Positions 23,061 to 33,066 of a stretch of 56,000 bases of DNA are shown here, piece by piece (the first letter of the stretch is position 1; each line of letters opens with the position of its first letter). Under the pieces are notes generated by a model. The model was not told where the DNA came from and made no database searches. It worked only from the letters and a program-made list of their open reading frames with translations. A program made the translations under genes and the position numbers. The DNA comes from Enterobacter phage N5822, in the sequence record MW032452.1; one strand, 5' to 3'.

Positions 23061-23291
23061 TCATTCGCGGTCAAAATTCTTTCCCCAGCGTCCGCGCAGA
23101 TATCCAGCCAGCCAAATAAACTGCGTTTTGGTGAGTAGGGTAGAAACTGGCTGATAATATTTGCAGATAATACCCGCAGCGATGCGATCATATTTCTCGT
23201 CCTTCTGCTCAATGCGATCAGCGATCTCGTTTACGCAATCTTTTGCCGCACGCTTGACGATGTTGAATTCTGCCTCGTTCAATCCGAACAT
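23061..23291 (-). CDS. Hypothetical protein
   Basis: 76 aa ORF MFGLNEAEFNIVKRAAKDCVNE... Confidence 0.6.
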   Translation of the reverse strand: MFGLNEAEFNIVKRAAKDCVNEIADRIEQKDEKYDRIAAGIICKYYQPVSTLLTKTQFIWLAGYLRGRWGKNFDRE

Positions 23292-23533
23292 TTTATAGCC
23301 CTCTACTCTGCCAAAGTTGGAACATCTGAAAATAGTTTAAAGCTGCTTTCTGGTCGCCTCGTTGGAGCGCCTCCTCTTGCTTGCGAGCGCACCACTGAGA
23401 CGGTTTTTCGTAGTTATCCATGCAATCGTACCTCCGATTTTTGCGCCTCCTAGAATCGCTCTGAGGCGCTAATAGACATATCAAATTTCGTTAAATTTTC
23501 CATCAAGGATATTGCGTAGGTTGTTAAGCGTTT

Positions 23534-23821
23534 TCACCTTCCAGCTATCCCATTCTGCCGAACCCGGTTCGTAGTTTCGCGGCGAGCCGGGGCGTCAGTT
23601 GTCAGATCGTCAATCAAGCAAGCCACCTCGTCAACAACAAGCTCTTTGATGTATTCTCTCTCCGCGTATTCGCTTTCGATGTTCTCCACTGATTCAAACG
23701 CCTGAACAACCCCGCCTAAAACTCGCTGCTGCGCAAGCGCCTCCTCTTGGCTATCCCAAAGAGCGCGGCGCTCTTTCTTGTTCTCGTTGGTTCCAATCTT
23801 GTATGTGTGTACAAAAATCAT
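23534..23821 (-). CDS. Hypothetical protein (C-terminus uncertain)
   Basis: MIFVHTYKIGTNENKKERRALWDSQEEALAQQRV... Confidence 0.5.
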   Translation of the reverse strand: MIFVHTYKIGTNENKKERRALWDSQEEALAQQRVLGGVVQAFESVENIESEYAEREYIKELVVDEVACLIDDLTTDAPARRETTNRVRQNGIAGR

Positions 23822-24078
23822 TCGAAACTCTCCATCAGTTCATTTTTACGCTTCCAGTCCTCGACGGCTTTTGCAGTGTAACCAGCCTCTGCACGCCATG
23901 CCGCCAGATTCGCCTGTTCGGTTCCTGCTGGCATCAGCTTTTGCTCAAGCTGCGTAAACATTTCCTTTGCAACATCAGCGTCAATGTGACAGGCAGAAAT
24001 GTTTCCGATGTCGATGCGCCAGCCCAGTGGACTCAAGGAGTTTTCGCGCTTGCTCACCTGAAAGGTTAATCGTGATCA

Positions 24079-24297
24079 TTACTCATTCTCCACGCGGTCA
24101 AATTTAATTAGTGGTGCATTTTTCAGCATAGCCACATCTGGATCGTACTTATCGAAAGTCACCTCGTAGCAAGTGCCGCAATCGTCAATCACAAGGCCGT
24201 AGCCGCTATCGGTTGCCACAAGCTCATACTGGCAACCAGCCATGATTGCGCCATAAGTGCGACGTGCTTCAAAGTAGCTTTCTGTAAATACTGCCAT
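24079..24297 (-). CDS. Hypothetical protein driven by palindrome-type promoter
   Basis: ORF with gagaaacgaaa leader. Module at 24329-24371 lies upstream. Confidence 0.65.
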   Translation of the reverse strand: MAVFTESYFEARRTYGAIMAGCQYELVATDSGYGLVIDDCGTCYEVTFDKYDPDVAMLKNAPLIKFDRVENE

Positions 24298-24328
24298 TTT
24301 CGTTTCTCCGTTTCGTTTCGATGGGGTA

Positions 24329-24371
24329 ACTATATCAGCCTACCCCATCGGAGTTTTAGCAAAAAGTGCTA
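24329..24371 (-). promoter_or_regulatory. Cassette promoter: palindrome TAGCACTTTTTGCTA-22-TATAGT
   Basis: Palindrome 24357-24371, -10 at 24329-24334, hairpin CGATGGGGTA/TTACCCCATCG around the -10. Confidence 0.75.
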
Positions 24372-25618
24372 TTTTACTTTTGGAGGTTGATTAACCCATC
24401 AGCCAGCACGCGCACAACTTTCGCATGAGTCAGGATATTCTCACCCTCCGGCACGCGCAGGATTTCACGCAGCTTCTCCAGCACTTCGGCGTATTCGTTT
24501 CGAGGCGATGCGTTAGCGTAGATTTTCCCGTCGCTGATATTCACCTGCCCGATCTTGCTGTACTGCCAACCGCCGTGGCGACCAATCCCGACTTTCAGCA
24601 CATGCTCCGCAGCGGCTTGCGCCGACTCCATCGCTTCTTGAGCGCTTGGGATGTTCACGCGCTCAAACTTCCCGCGCCAATCCAGTGCGAGCCGACACAA
24701 TACCATCGCACCGCACAATGATTTCCTCCTTTGCATCGTTGAGCACGACAACGCGACCGCTGCCGAAACCATGCTGGATCTCGTAGAGCTTGCCAGCAGT
24801 AAAGTTTTCACCGTCTACAGTAGGACGAACATAATATTTCATTTTACAATCTCCCAATCTTTGCCGCCGATGTGAATTGAACGCTCAAGCCTTGTGTAGC
24901 ACGGGGAGCCTAATTCCCCAATAAACTTATACGTTCCTGCGTAGCGGCCTGTTTCGACCAGCGCCGCCTCGTAAATCTTACCCGCCGCTATCCACGGCGA
25001 GTCGTCATAATCCGTGCGGATTTTCACCAGCATAGAATCTCTTCCTCTGCGTAGTCGTCAAAATCATGCTGAGTGAGTGGCACACCTGCCGCCTGTGCAT
25101 CTTCGATCATTTCGCGCAGAGAGTCAGGCATGAGTTGCCAGTTCTCCGGCATGTAGTTAGCTGCCATGCATCGCGCCCACTCGCGCAGTGAGTTGAAACC
25201 TGGCGGCGTGCCGTGTACGGTGTTTTTAGTCCATCATCCCAGCCGTAGCGCTCGCCAACATTCTCGAATGCGTTTACCGGTGTTTGCGGATAGTAGCCAT
25301 TTCGTTCTCCTTTGATTGGTTGCTTTCAATAAGGCGGCTCGGAAACCGCCTTGCGGAAAGTCTTATGCTTCAAACTCACGGAGCAGGATTTTATCATCGC
25401 CCAGCATTTCGGAGCTAGTAAACCAACCGCCAGCTTCATCAATTAGCGCGGCGTGCTCAAAAAGATAATCAATCTGGCTTTGGCTCCAGCGGTAAACACT
25501 TACAGCTTCACCAGTTGACGGCTTAACCAGAAAAACTTTCAGCGCCGTCCTGCTTATCGGTTGCTACGTAGATTTCGTACTTCATTTCGTTTTCCTTCTG
25601 TTTGTTTGGTATGGGCTT

Positions 25619-25660
25619 ACTATAACGCAAGCCCTTCACTCTTTTTAGCAATTCGTGCTA
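25619..25660 (-). promoter_or_regulatory. Cassette promoter: TAGCACGAATTGCTA-21-TATAGT
   Basis: Palindrome 25646-25660, -10 at 25619-25624, stem GGGCTT/AAGCCC around the -10. Confidence 0.72.
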
Positions 25661-25854
25661 TTTGATCGGATTTTATCTTCACCGCCTAACGCCTCGCGCC
25701 GCCCAGCCTTTACGCCGTCCATGTAGCCGCCAATAAGACCGCCGATTAATACCGCCATAGTTCCAGCCGTGTTTGCAAAACCTGGCTCCGTTAACAGCGA
25801 CCCGCCGATAATGAGCATAATAACGCCGATTCGCTTTAGTGTGTTGCCAGCCAT
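25645..25854 (-). CDS. Small membrane protein (MAGNTLKRIGVIMLIIGGSLL...)
   Basis: 69 aa with two hydrophobic segments. The C-terminus runs into the promoter palindrome. Confidence 0.6.
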   Translation of the reverse strand: MAGNTLKRIGVIMLIIGGSLLTEPGFANTAGTMAVLIGGLIGGYMDGVKAGRREALGGEDKIRSNSTNC

Positions 25855-25949
25855 AGAATACCTCGTACAGTGTAAATGACAGTTAGGATTGTAAGGCCGA
25901 CAACGGCGGCCTTGTGGAAGTCAAACGGCTCTTTGGATCGTTCGGCGTG

Positions 25950-26519
25950 CTAATCACTTAGTATGTCCTCGCAAATTTGGTCTACAGTGTGCATCGGATC
26001 GCCATGCACCATAATATAATCCCGCGTCACGATGCGGTGATGGTAGCCATCAAGGTTGAGGTAATCCCTGCTATCTCCGGCGAACGTGTAGCCGTCACGA
26101 TGTAGGCGGCAAATGTTTACCTGAATCCCAGCGCTGACCAGTGGTTTAACTTCATCGGGGAAACCGCCGTCAGTAATGACAACCGGAACATGACTATCTC
26201 GCACGGCCTCAGCCATTACCACGCCAAAATACTGATCCCCAAATTGAGGTTTTATCACGTCCTCGCTAATCCAGATCATAAACTGGCGCGGGGATTTACC
26301 ATTCAGGAAAGGCTGCGCTTTTTCTTTCTGCTCCCTGTCGTCATACGCTTGCATAAACAGGCTGAAACGATAATCGCCCAACATGGCCTTTGCGATCTTA
26401 AACATCGGCTCTTTGAATGAGCGCTTAACAACATATTGCGGCGCGTGTTTGCAAATCAGGCTGCCAATCGTATCTTTGCCAGCGCCTGGCGGTGCATTGA
26501 GGATGATAACCTTTTTCAT
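25950..26519 (-). CDS. Deoxynucleoside monophosphate kinase-like protein
   Basis: MKKVIILNAPPGAGKDTIGSLIC Walker A-like P-loop, 189 aa. Confidence 0.75.
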   Translation of the reverse strand: MKKVIILNAPPGAGKDTIGSLICKHAPQYVVKRSFKEPMFKIAKAMLGDYRFSLFMQAYDDREQKEKAQPFLNGKSPRQFMIWISEDVIKPQFGDQYFGVVMAEAVRDSHVPVVITDGGFPDEVKPLVSAGIQVNICRLHRDGYTFAGDSRDYLNLDGYHHRIVTRDYIMVHGDPMHTVDQICEDILSD

Positions 26520-26715
26520 TATCGACCTACCTTGTAGTTAGTTTGAAGCTGATCCCAATCCATGCGCTTTGCCGCACTCCCGCGCTTTTGGGTTTTCTTA
26601 CGGCGACGGTGTGAGTCAACAATCTCTCCGGCGGCGCGGCGGTCTTTGTTAGTGCGGATTTTCTCGAAGTTACGCATTTTTATCTCCTGCTTGCGTGGTT
26701 GCTTTCAATGAGGCC

Positions 26716-26759
26716 ACTATATCAATGGCCTCGCGGAAAGTCTTTAGCAAAAAGTGCTA
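26716..26759 (-). promoter_or_regulatory. Cassette promoter: TAGCACTTTTTGCTA-23-TATAGT
   Basis: Palindrome 26745-26759, -10 at 26716-26721, stem GAGGCCA/TGGCCTC around the -10. Confidence 0.72.
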
Positions 26760-27176
26760 TTTAAGTGCTGTGATTTCTGCGTCGTCTTTGATGTGGTTAC
26801 GGATATCAAAATCCTGATCCGCAACCGCGCATTTCATAGCGGTATAAGCAAAGACAGTGAAATACCACTCGTCGCCAATCTTAAAGTAAGTACCGAAGTT
26901 GCGACCAGCTACGGCGTGCGTTGCGTCTTTGTGGATTGGTGCGCCATTGAAATTTTTGTGCTTACCTTTGAAATTCATCATCATTCTTGTTACTCCTTTG
27001 TAAATTTCATGAAATTACCGTCTGTTTCGTTCTCGCCGTTCTCGTCGAGGCCGAACGTATAAACCCAACCTTGCGCGTCGGTGTATTCGTACACCGCGAA
27101 CCGCCCAACTGGCCTTTCTCAACTAGCGGGTAGCTCTCACCCGCCTTGAATAGATCGTATGTTGACCGGATGCACT

Positions 27177-27407
27177 TCATGCTTCAAACTCACACATTAA
27201 AACTGCATCAAGCATATCGTCACGGCGAGGAGTCTCGTTTGTGTCGTCGCTCCAGTGGCAACCGCCGCCAGCCTTGATATCACGAATCATGCGCCCCATC
27301 ATTTCTGGTGAATAATCAATGACCGTGTAGCTGTTTTCCTCGTCGAAGATGAAAAGCGAAAGCTCGCCGTCGATTTTGTCTACTGCCTTAAATACCTGAT
27401 ATTTCAT
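27177..27407 (-). CDS. Hypothetical protein
   Basis: 76 aa ORF overlapping the next by ATGA. Confidence 0.6.
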   Translation of the reverse strand: MKYQVFKAVDKIDGELSLFIFDEENSYTVIDYSPEMMGRMIRDIKAGGGCHWSDDTNETPRRDDMLDAVLMCEFEA

Positions 27408-27637
27408 TCTACAATCTCCGCCTCAGATCCGATGATGAAAGTTAGTGTTTGAGCGTTAAATTCGCAGTCCTTGATCTCGTCTGCCTGACCTGCTGCAAAA
27501 TCATAGCCGTGATAAATCAGCTCCGCCATGCTTACATCCACAGTGCCATAACCAGTGGAAACCGCTTTTAGTGTCAGTGGCAGCTTGACGTTTTTCATTC
27601 CGGTGTAGCCGCCAGTGGATTTAATCTTTGCTCGCAT
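27404..27637 (-). CDS. Hypothetical protein
   Basis: 77 aa ORF with aggaaagcaaa RBS directly downstream of a cassette promoter. Confidence 0.65.
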   Translation of the reverse strand: MRAKIKSTGGYTGMKNVKLPLTLKAVSTGYGTVDVSMAELIYHGYDFAAGQADEIKDCEFNAQTLTFIIGSEAEIVE

Positions 27638-27669
27638 TTTGCTTTCCTCTCGTTGGTTGGTATGGGAGC

Positions 27670-27712
27670 ATTATAGCGCCCCTCTCGGAGCGCGTTTTAG
27701 CAATTCGTGCTA
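27670..27712 (-). promoter_or_regulatory. Cassette promoter: TAGCACGAATTGCTA-22-TATAAT
   Basis: Palindrome 27698-27712 (TAG is the stop of the upstream gene), -10 at 27670-27675. Confidence 0.8.
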
Positions 27713-27919
27713 TTTTGTGAAAGTCACCAGGTCTTGACCGGACATAGAGCGGATAAACATGCGACCTCCATTCTCCTTAACCCTCATTGCCGCGCCAGTT
27801 TTCGGCGCTTTGACGTAAAGGATGCCTTTATCGTTGCGCTCGGCCTCAATGCGCATCCTTTCCCTGAATCCAAAGATGTTGCACGCTCGCGGATTGGCAA
27901 AAGCCACTGTAAGAATCAC
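27710..27919 (-). CDS. Hypothetical protein
   Basis: 69 aa ORF. Its TAG stop lies in the palindrome. Confidence 0.55.
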   Translation of the reverse strand: MILTVAFANPRACNIFGFRERMRIEAERNDKGILYVKAPKTGAAMRVKENGGRMFIRSMSGQDLVTFTK

Positions 27920-28342
27920 ATTAACCTCACTTTGTCACAATGTGGAAAGAAACATATTCGTTTGTATGCACCCCCACAAGCGCTGTATCAACTTCTGGCA
28001 AGGCTAAAATTTCCTTGAGCGTTTGGCTTACGTTGCCCTGAAAACCCCATACGCGCACCATTCTGTGCGATTTTGGCGGCATTCCGGCAATCATATCCTG
28101 CGCTGTGTTTGCGCTCGGCTCTACGTTGTGCGTGATAATCATTTCTCAATCCTCTTGCAAATGGTTTCGTCCTGCATGATGGGAACCATGACCTTACCAG
28201 CCGGAATCATAACAAGAACCTGGCGGCCTGTTTTCTCGCAGGTGTAATCGTCGCTCGCTGTCATGTATACCGCCGCACCCATTATGAGCACCAGCAGGAC
28301 GGATAGAGCGGTAATCACCGCTCCGAAAATCCAGGTACGATC

Positions 28343-28879
28343 TTATCCATCCAACGCATCCACGCCGTGACTCTGTAAATGAGCGTGCGGCTTGTCGTAT
28401 TCCGTCACCTGATAGGTCGTGATTCCCGTGTTGCGGAAATGGCTGATCACGTTTGGCGAATCGTCAAAGGCGCACGTAATGTGATGCAGACCGATTGCAC
28501 GCAACACCTCCTCTTTGATAACGGTGTCCTTGCGGTTATCCTCAGCGCGGCGCATGATAAGCCAGTCGTATTTCACTTTGTGGCGGTCGAGCCAAAGGAT
28601 AGTATCAGTCTCCACCTCGTCACTGCGACCAGTCAGGATAACGACGCCCATCCCAGCACGCCAAAGGTTACGCACAACATCAATCGTGCTCTGGATCGGC
28701 TTGTCGTTTGCAGCCGCCTTGTTAAACTCACTCCAGCTTTCAGTGAGGTGCAAGTCCTTTGTTGGCATCAGGTGCAAGCGGTGCGTGCCGTCCGATAGTG
28801 TGCCGTCAAGGTCAACGATTGCAACGCCGTAATTGCCGCGCAGATGGTATGTGTAACCCCAAAGCTCAAATTTGATCAT
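28343..28879 (-). CDS. HAD-family phosphatase, polynucleotide 3'-phosphatase-like
   Basis: VAIVDLDGTLSDGTHR and GVVILTGRSD motifs, ...FDDSPNVI. Confidence 0.78.
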   Translation of the reverse strand: MIKFELWGYTYHLRGNYGVAIVDLDGTLSDGTHRLHLMPTKDLHLTESWSEFNKAAANDKPIQSTIDVVRNLWRAGMGVVILTGRSDEVETDTILWLDRHKVKYDWLIMRRAEDNRKDTVIKEEVLRAIGLHHITCAFDDSPNVISHFRNTGITTYQVTEYDKPHAHLQSHGVDALDG

Positions 28880-29329
28880 TAAAATTCCTCCCCTACTTCC
28901 AGCATTGCCTTAAACCACGTACCGCGCTCATAGTCGCGCTCACTAACCTGGATCGGCATTCCAGAAATTACCGTGAACCAGTATGTGCCGTCTGGCATTT
29001 CCCAATAAACCCCGCTTGCATTGCCGGGCAAGCGCGTTTGAAGTTTGCTGGAATGTTATAGCCGAAGGCCTCAACCTCTTTCCCAATGAGGCGCATAAAC
29101 CAGTTGCGAATTGACAGCATTTATTATTCCTCCTCAATCAGCACCAGAACATCGCTACCAACCATTATAAAGAATGTCATTGCGCTATAGCTTGACTCTT
29201 TCACCTCTCCGGTTACAGGGTGGCGAACCATCACGGATTCGTTTTCGAGCCAGTAGACCAGATCGTTGTTGATGTTGCGGTATTCACGAGATTTCATCTT
29301 TAAGTCCTCAGTTCGTTGTTGATGGGTGT

Positions 29330-29372
29330 ACTATACCAGCACACCCGATCCAGTTTTTAGCAATTCGTGCTA
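29330..29372 (-). promoter_or_regulatory. Cassette promoter: TAGCACGAATTGCTA-22-TATAGT
   Basis: Palindrome 29358-29372, -10 at 29330-29335, stem GGGTGT/ACACCC around the -10. Confidence 0.78.
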
Positions 29373-30222
29373 TTCGCTAAATTTCCACTCGTGGCGATAC
29401 TTCTCGAAATTCTTCACGCGATGCCGCCACCACTGCATGACGTGCTCATTGTGAAAGTTGCTCATTCGTCCTCGTCCACCTCAACAATGGATCCGTCCTC
29501 CAGCAACTCAAGCGCCGTAGCGCGTATCGCCGTCCTCGTCTACAACTTTGATTGCAATGTAGCCGTAGAATGGATGCGCTGCGTATTTCGCCTGATAGGT
29601 CTTGCCAGATTTAAAGCCTGGATAGTCAACGTTGAATCTGATCATTATTTTCCCTCGATAATGTTTGCTAGTGTGATTAGTCGCATTGCGATGCTTTGAG
29701 CCTGTGCGGGAGTGTAGATTCCTCTCCGGCTGGTGACGCATCCATATCATCAAACATCCCATCAATATAGATCTCGTCACCCTTGCGATATACGGTCATT
29801 ACGTCGCCGTGCGTGTCGATATGGTTGGTTTTCACCATCACTTGACCTCCTCGAATTCTCCAACTGCCAGATAATAGGCGATATCCTTGCGCGTCATTGT
29901 TGGGTGAGGCCACCCGCTTTCATGCCAGATAACATCGCCAGCGCCTTTCGTCCACATCGTTTCACCATCCCAGCGCCAAAGCCGATCTGTGTATTTGGCG
30001 CGGTACACCACGCCAGGCTTAACATCGCTTGCATTAATGAAACTCATACTCAACAACCCCAAATTCGTTAACAATCTGCGCTTTGTAGAAACCGCCGTTT
30101 TTGGCGATATTGTAGCACTGAGCCAACCAATCGTATGTTACGGATACTGGCTCGCTGTTTTCGTGCTCCCGGGTAATCAGTGTAAACATTTTGCAATCTC
30201 CTCAATTCGTTTCGTTGAGGCT

Positions 30223-30265
30223 ATTATGCCCCACTCGCGCGGGGCAGTTTTAACAAAAAGTGCTA
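30223..30265 (-). promoter_or_regulatory. Cassette promoter: TAGCACTTTTTGTTA-22-CATAAT
   Basis: Palindrome 30251-30265, -10 at 30223-30228, stem TGCCCC/GGGGCA in spacer. Confidence 0.75.
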
Positions 30266-30523
30266 TTCAACCAATCAGAGAGGCAGGTTCGACCGTAAAT
30301 TTCTCCCCATTGCGGATCAGGATTGACATTGCAGTATCAAGCTCGGCAGAGCCAACCTGGTAGCAACGTTCAAGCCCTTCCGATTTGAGGATAACGCAAG
30401 GCATACGCAAGCGCCTCACCTCGTCGATAATCATCTGCCAGCCGCGTTGATTTGGTGTGATCTTCATTTCCACCATTTTCTTTGCGATGTGCGCTGAGAT
30501 CTCTTGCAGTTCGTTAGCGTTCA

Positions 30524-30985
30524 TTATTCACCCTCCGCCATTTTCTTGATCATGTCCTGGTACAGTGCAATGCCCTCAATCGCCCCGTCTCGCTTATCAC
30601 CTTCCAGATGCATCACGTTAGGCATGAAGCCCAGGAGCCGCTTTGCAAATTTATTGCACGCCTTGCGCTCGATGTGCTCAACGTCCTCGCTGGTCAGTAC
30701 GCGGCGTTTCGGATCCGTGTTGAGCGTTACAGCAAAATACTTGCCGTGCTGTTCGTGATCCTCTGACTTCACGCTAACAGCGCCCTTTGCTTTAATCTCC
30801 GGCACGCGGTTCATGATGGTTCGGATATAGCCAGCGGTAATCTTTCCGGCTCGATCGAAGTCCTGATCGCAAAGCTCCAGAATCAGCATGTAAGTGACCG
30901 CAACACCGTTACCATATTCACCGCTTGCCAGCTTGACAGCCATTTCGCGCAGACGTTCAGTTAAAGCGTTTGACTCTTTAGCCAT
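30524..30985 (-). CDS. Hypothetical early protein
   Basis: MAKESNALTERLREMAVKLASGEYGNG..., first gene after the divergent region; RBS gaggagaaac. Confidence 0.7.
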   Translation of the reverse strand: MAKESNALTERLREMAVKLASGEYGNGVAVTYMLILELCDQDFDRAGKITAGYIRTIMNRVPEIKAKGAVSVKSEDHEQHGKYFAVTLNTDPKRRVLTSEDVEHIERKACNKFAKRLLGFMPNVMHLEGDKRDGAIEGIALYQDMIKKMAEGE

Positions 30986-31016
30986 TTGTTTCTCCTCTCG
31001 TTTTTGTTGAGCGCAT

Positions 31017-31044
31017 GATATAGCCCTGAAAGGTGGCCTGTCAA
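31017..31044 (-). promoter_or_regulatory. Sigma70-type promoter TTGACA-16-TATATC
   Basis: Reverse complement reads TTGACAggccacctttcagggcTATATC upstream of the start at 30985. Confidence 0.65.
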
Positions 31045-31119
31045 TAGTTTTTCTTTGTTTAAGAAACATGATGAGAGGGTCAGTCACGCGAAACGCTCCT
31101 AAGTTATTGATTCGCAACG

Positions 31120-31362
31120 TTGTTTAAAGTTGTTTCATTATTTCGCTAAATTGCGGTGGGGTTTTATAAATATATGCATATATCCACACAGATATCTATA
31201 TGGACACTTTCGAAAGGGGATACCCATAGACCAGTAAACAAAGGATACAATAAAGAAACTATAAGATATATATAATAATAATTACTTATTTTTCAATGTA
31301 TTATATGGGATTTTTATTGTTACTTTCGTTACTGCACGTTGCGCTAAATTGCGGTGGGTGAT
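31120..31362. promoter_or_regulatory. AT-rich divergent intergenic control region II with two TTGCGGTGGG elements
   Basis: taaattgcggtggggttttata at about 31147 and ctaaattgcggtgggtg at about 31344 flank an AT-rich core. Homologous to about 1741-1985. Confidence 0.6.
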
Positions 31363-31565
31363 AGGCGAAACAGCCGTAAACATGAAGATACAAAGGAGCG
31401 TTTTAGAACGAGAAAAACAGCAACGTCAGACCATGCTGATTCCCACAATCAAATCACATCAAAAATCATCAACAATCATCACAATCACACAAAAGTTGAC
31501 GGGCATCAAAAACATCATTACAAAACTGGTCAAGCAATCATCAAAATCACCGACTACCGATTAAA

Positions 31566-31608
31566 TAGCACTTTTTGCTAAAAAAGACTGATCTGATTTC
31601 GGCATAAT
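31566..31608 (+). promoter_or_regulatory. Cassette promoter: TAGCACTTTTTGCTA-22-CATAAT
   Basis: Palindrome 31566-31580, -10 at 31603-31608, leader aacgaactgaggaaaacgaaATG. Confidence 0.78.
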
Positions 31609-31639
31609 GCATTCATAGAAACGAACTGAGGAAAACGAA

Positions 31640-31918
31640 ATGACCTATCACATCACCAGCAAAGAAACCAGCAACGTGATCAGCCTGATTTGCCGTGCGC
31701 AACGTAACAATCGCCGCACCAGCAAGGCAGACAACATTGAAGGTTGCCGTCAGTATGGCGAGTACTTGGGTGTGCTGGAATGTGATATCAACCTGGTTTG
31801 TGACACCATCAAGGAGACAAAGAAAGCTGACTTGTTCCGTGCGCTTGAGGATTTGATTATCTGGTATCGTGAAATGGATCGCATGAGCCGGTTAAGAACT
31901 AAACCAATCAGGAGATAA
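31640..31918 (+). CDS. Hypothetical early protein
   Basis: 92 aa, conserved leader and RBS. Confidence 0.7.
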   Translation: MTYHITSKETSNVISLICRAQRNNRRTSKADNIEGCRQYGEYLGVLECDINLVCDTIKETKKADLFRALEDLIIWYREMDRMSRLRTKPIRR

Positions 31919-31921
31919 CGC

Positions 31922-32116
31922 ATGATCAAAAACACATATCGCGTGGTGGCAATCAGCCGCGAGAACGGAAAGCGTGTAGTGTGCTATGAAGGTGATCGCG
32001 CAACGCTGGCGACTGACACCTATACGGAGTTAACCGAACGTAGGCCGACATTCTTTGCAGACTTCAAAGTTGTGCTGGAGCGCCTAGAACCTGTTACTGT
32101 ACTGGAGAGTGAATAA
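31922..32116 (+). CDS. Hypothetical protein
   Basis: 64 aa, RBS caggagataacgc. Confidence 0.65.
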   Translation: MIKNTYRVVAISRENGKRVVCYEGDRATLATDTYTELTERRPTFFADFKVVLERLEPVTVLESE

Positions 32117-32397
32117 TGCGAGTAACGAAAGAGTTACGCGGATTCTGCCGCAACAATGGGATGAAGATTTACGTTAGCGGCGAGCGTCGCAACCTGTTCA
32201 ACCTGTACGATATGCGCGATGATCGCCTTATCTGCAATTGGGAGTTGATGGGCGGATTTCTGATTAAGGGCAAGAACAAGAAACTTCCCTCCGCTTGCTG
32301 GGAGTGCTCGCCAGCCATGATTCACGACGAGCAAGAGCTAGTTGACGAGATCAAGAAGATTAAAGGAGTGATTTATGCGGCTGCTGATATTCGCTAA
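32116..32397 (+). CDS. Hypothetical protein
   Basis: 93 aa ORF starting at the end of the preceding gene. Confidence 0.6.
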   Translation: MRVTKELRGFCRNNGMKIYVSGERRNLFNLYDMRDDRLICNWELMGGFLIKGKNKKLPSACWECSPAMIHDEQELVDEIKKIKGVIYAAADIR

Positions 32398-32476
32398 CGC
32401 ACGGATGATTGCGGTGGCTAATGACCACTACGGCGGTGATGGTAAACGTGCGCCCCGCCACTCATTCTGGAACTGA

Positions 32477-32518
32477 TAGCACTTTTTGTTAAAACTCCGG
32501 CGCTGCGGCTGGTATAGT
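32477..32518 (+). promoter_or_regulatory. Cassette promoter: TAGCACTTTTTGTTA-21-TATAGT
   Basis: Palindrome 32477-32491, -10 at 32513-32518, stem GGCGCT/AGCGCC around the -10. Confidence 0.72.
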
Positions 32519-32549
32519 AGCGCCATCGACAACGAGCGAGGACAAACGA

Positions 32550-33056
32550 ATGAAACTCAAAACCGAAAACATCATGAAAACCCTTGATAGCCATCACCGC
32601 GTGATCATCAAGTGCGATATCCCGTGCGAGAAAATCAAACAAGTGACCATCACCGAGGGGAAAGGTTGCTACACCGTTGGAACGTCGCCGCGCTGCACGC
32701 TGCGCCAGTATAGCAAGCAAGATGTGATCGACTTCCGGATGAAAATTCGATGTATATCGAAACCGGAAAGCTTGGTAAGTCCTGATTGGTTTAAAGGCGG
32801 CAATTGCGCCGCCAGTTTTAGAGAGGTGAATTGTGGTACAAGACGCGTTTTTGCCCGTCTGCAAGAGGCGGAGGCGGCTGGACTGAATAAAGAGGCTGCG
32901 CTTGAGGTTGCTTATAAGTTGCGCACGCTGGATGATGCGCTTGGCGATATGGATATGGATATGGAAAGCGGAGCGGCGTTTGCTGATCCAACAACGATTG
33001 TGAATGACTGCGGCTGTGAATTTGATCCAGCTTGCAAACGTTGCTTCCCGTTTTGA
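32550..33056 (+). CDS. Hypothetical protein with C-terminal Cys cluster
   Basis: 168 aa; ...NDCGCEFDPACKRCFPF. Confidence 0.65.
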   Translation: MKLKTENIMKTLDSHHRVIIKCDIPCEKIKQVTITEGKGCYTVGTSPRCTLRQYSKQDVIDFRMKIRCISKPESLVSPDWFKGGNCAASFREVNCGTRRVFARLQEAEAAGLNKEAALEVAYKLRTLDDALGDMDMDMESGAAFADPTTIVNDCGCEFDPACKRCFPF

Positions 33057-33066
33057 GGTGATAGAT

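Noticed and set aside
24357-24371. TTGCTA/TTGTTA arm of the palindrome as an ordinary -35 box
   Set aside because: Spacing to the -10 is 21-23 bp, outside the usual 16-18. The complete inverted repeat is conserved, so an activator or repressor site is more likely.
22300-31000. tRNA genes in the accessory region
   Set aside because: I recognised no cloverleaf or TTCRANNC-type T-arm by eye. A tRNAscan-SE run would be decisive.
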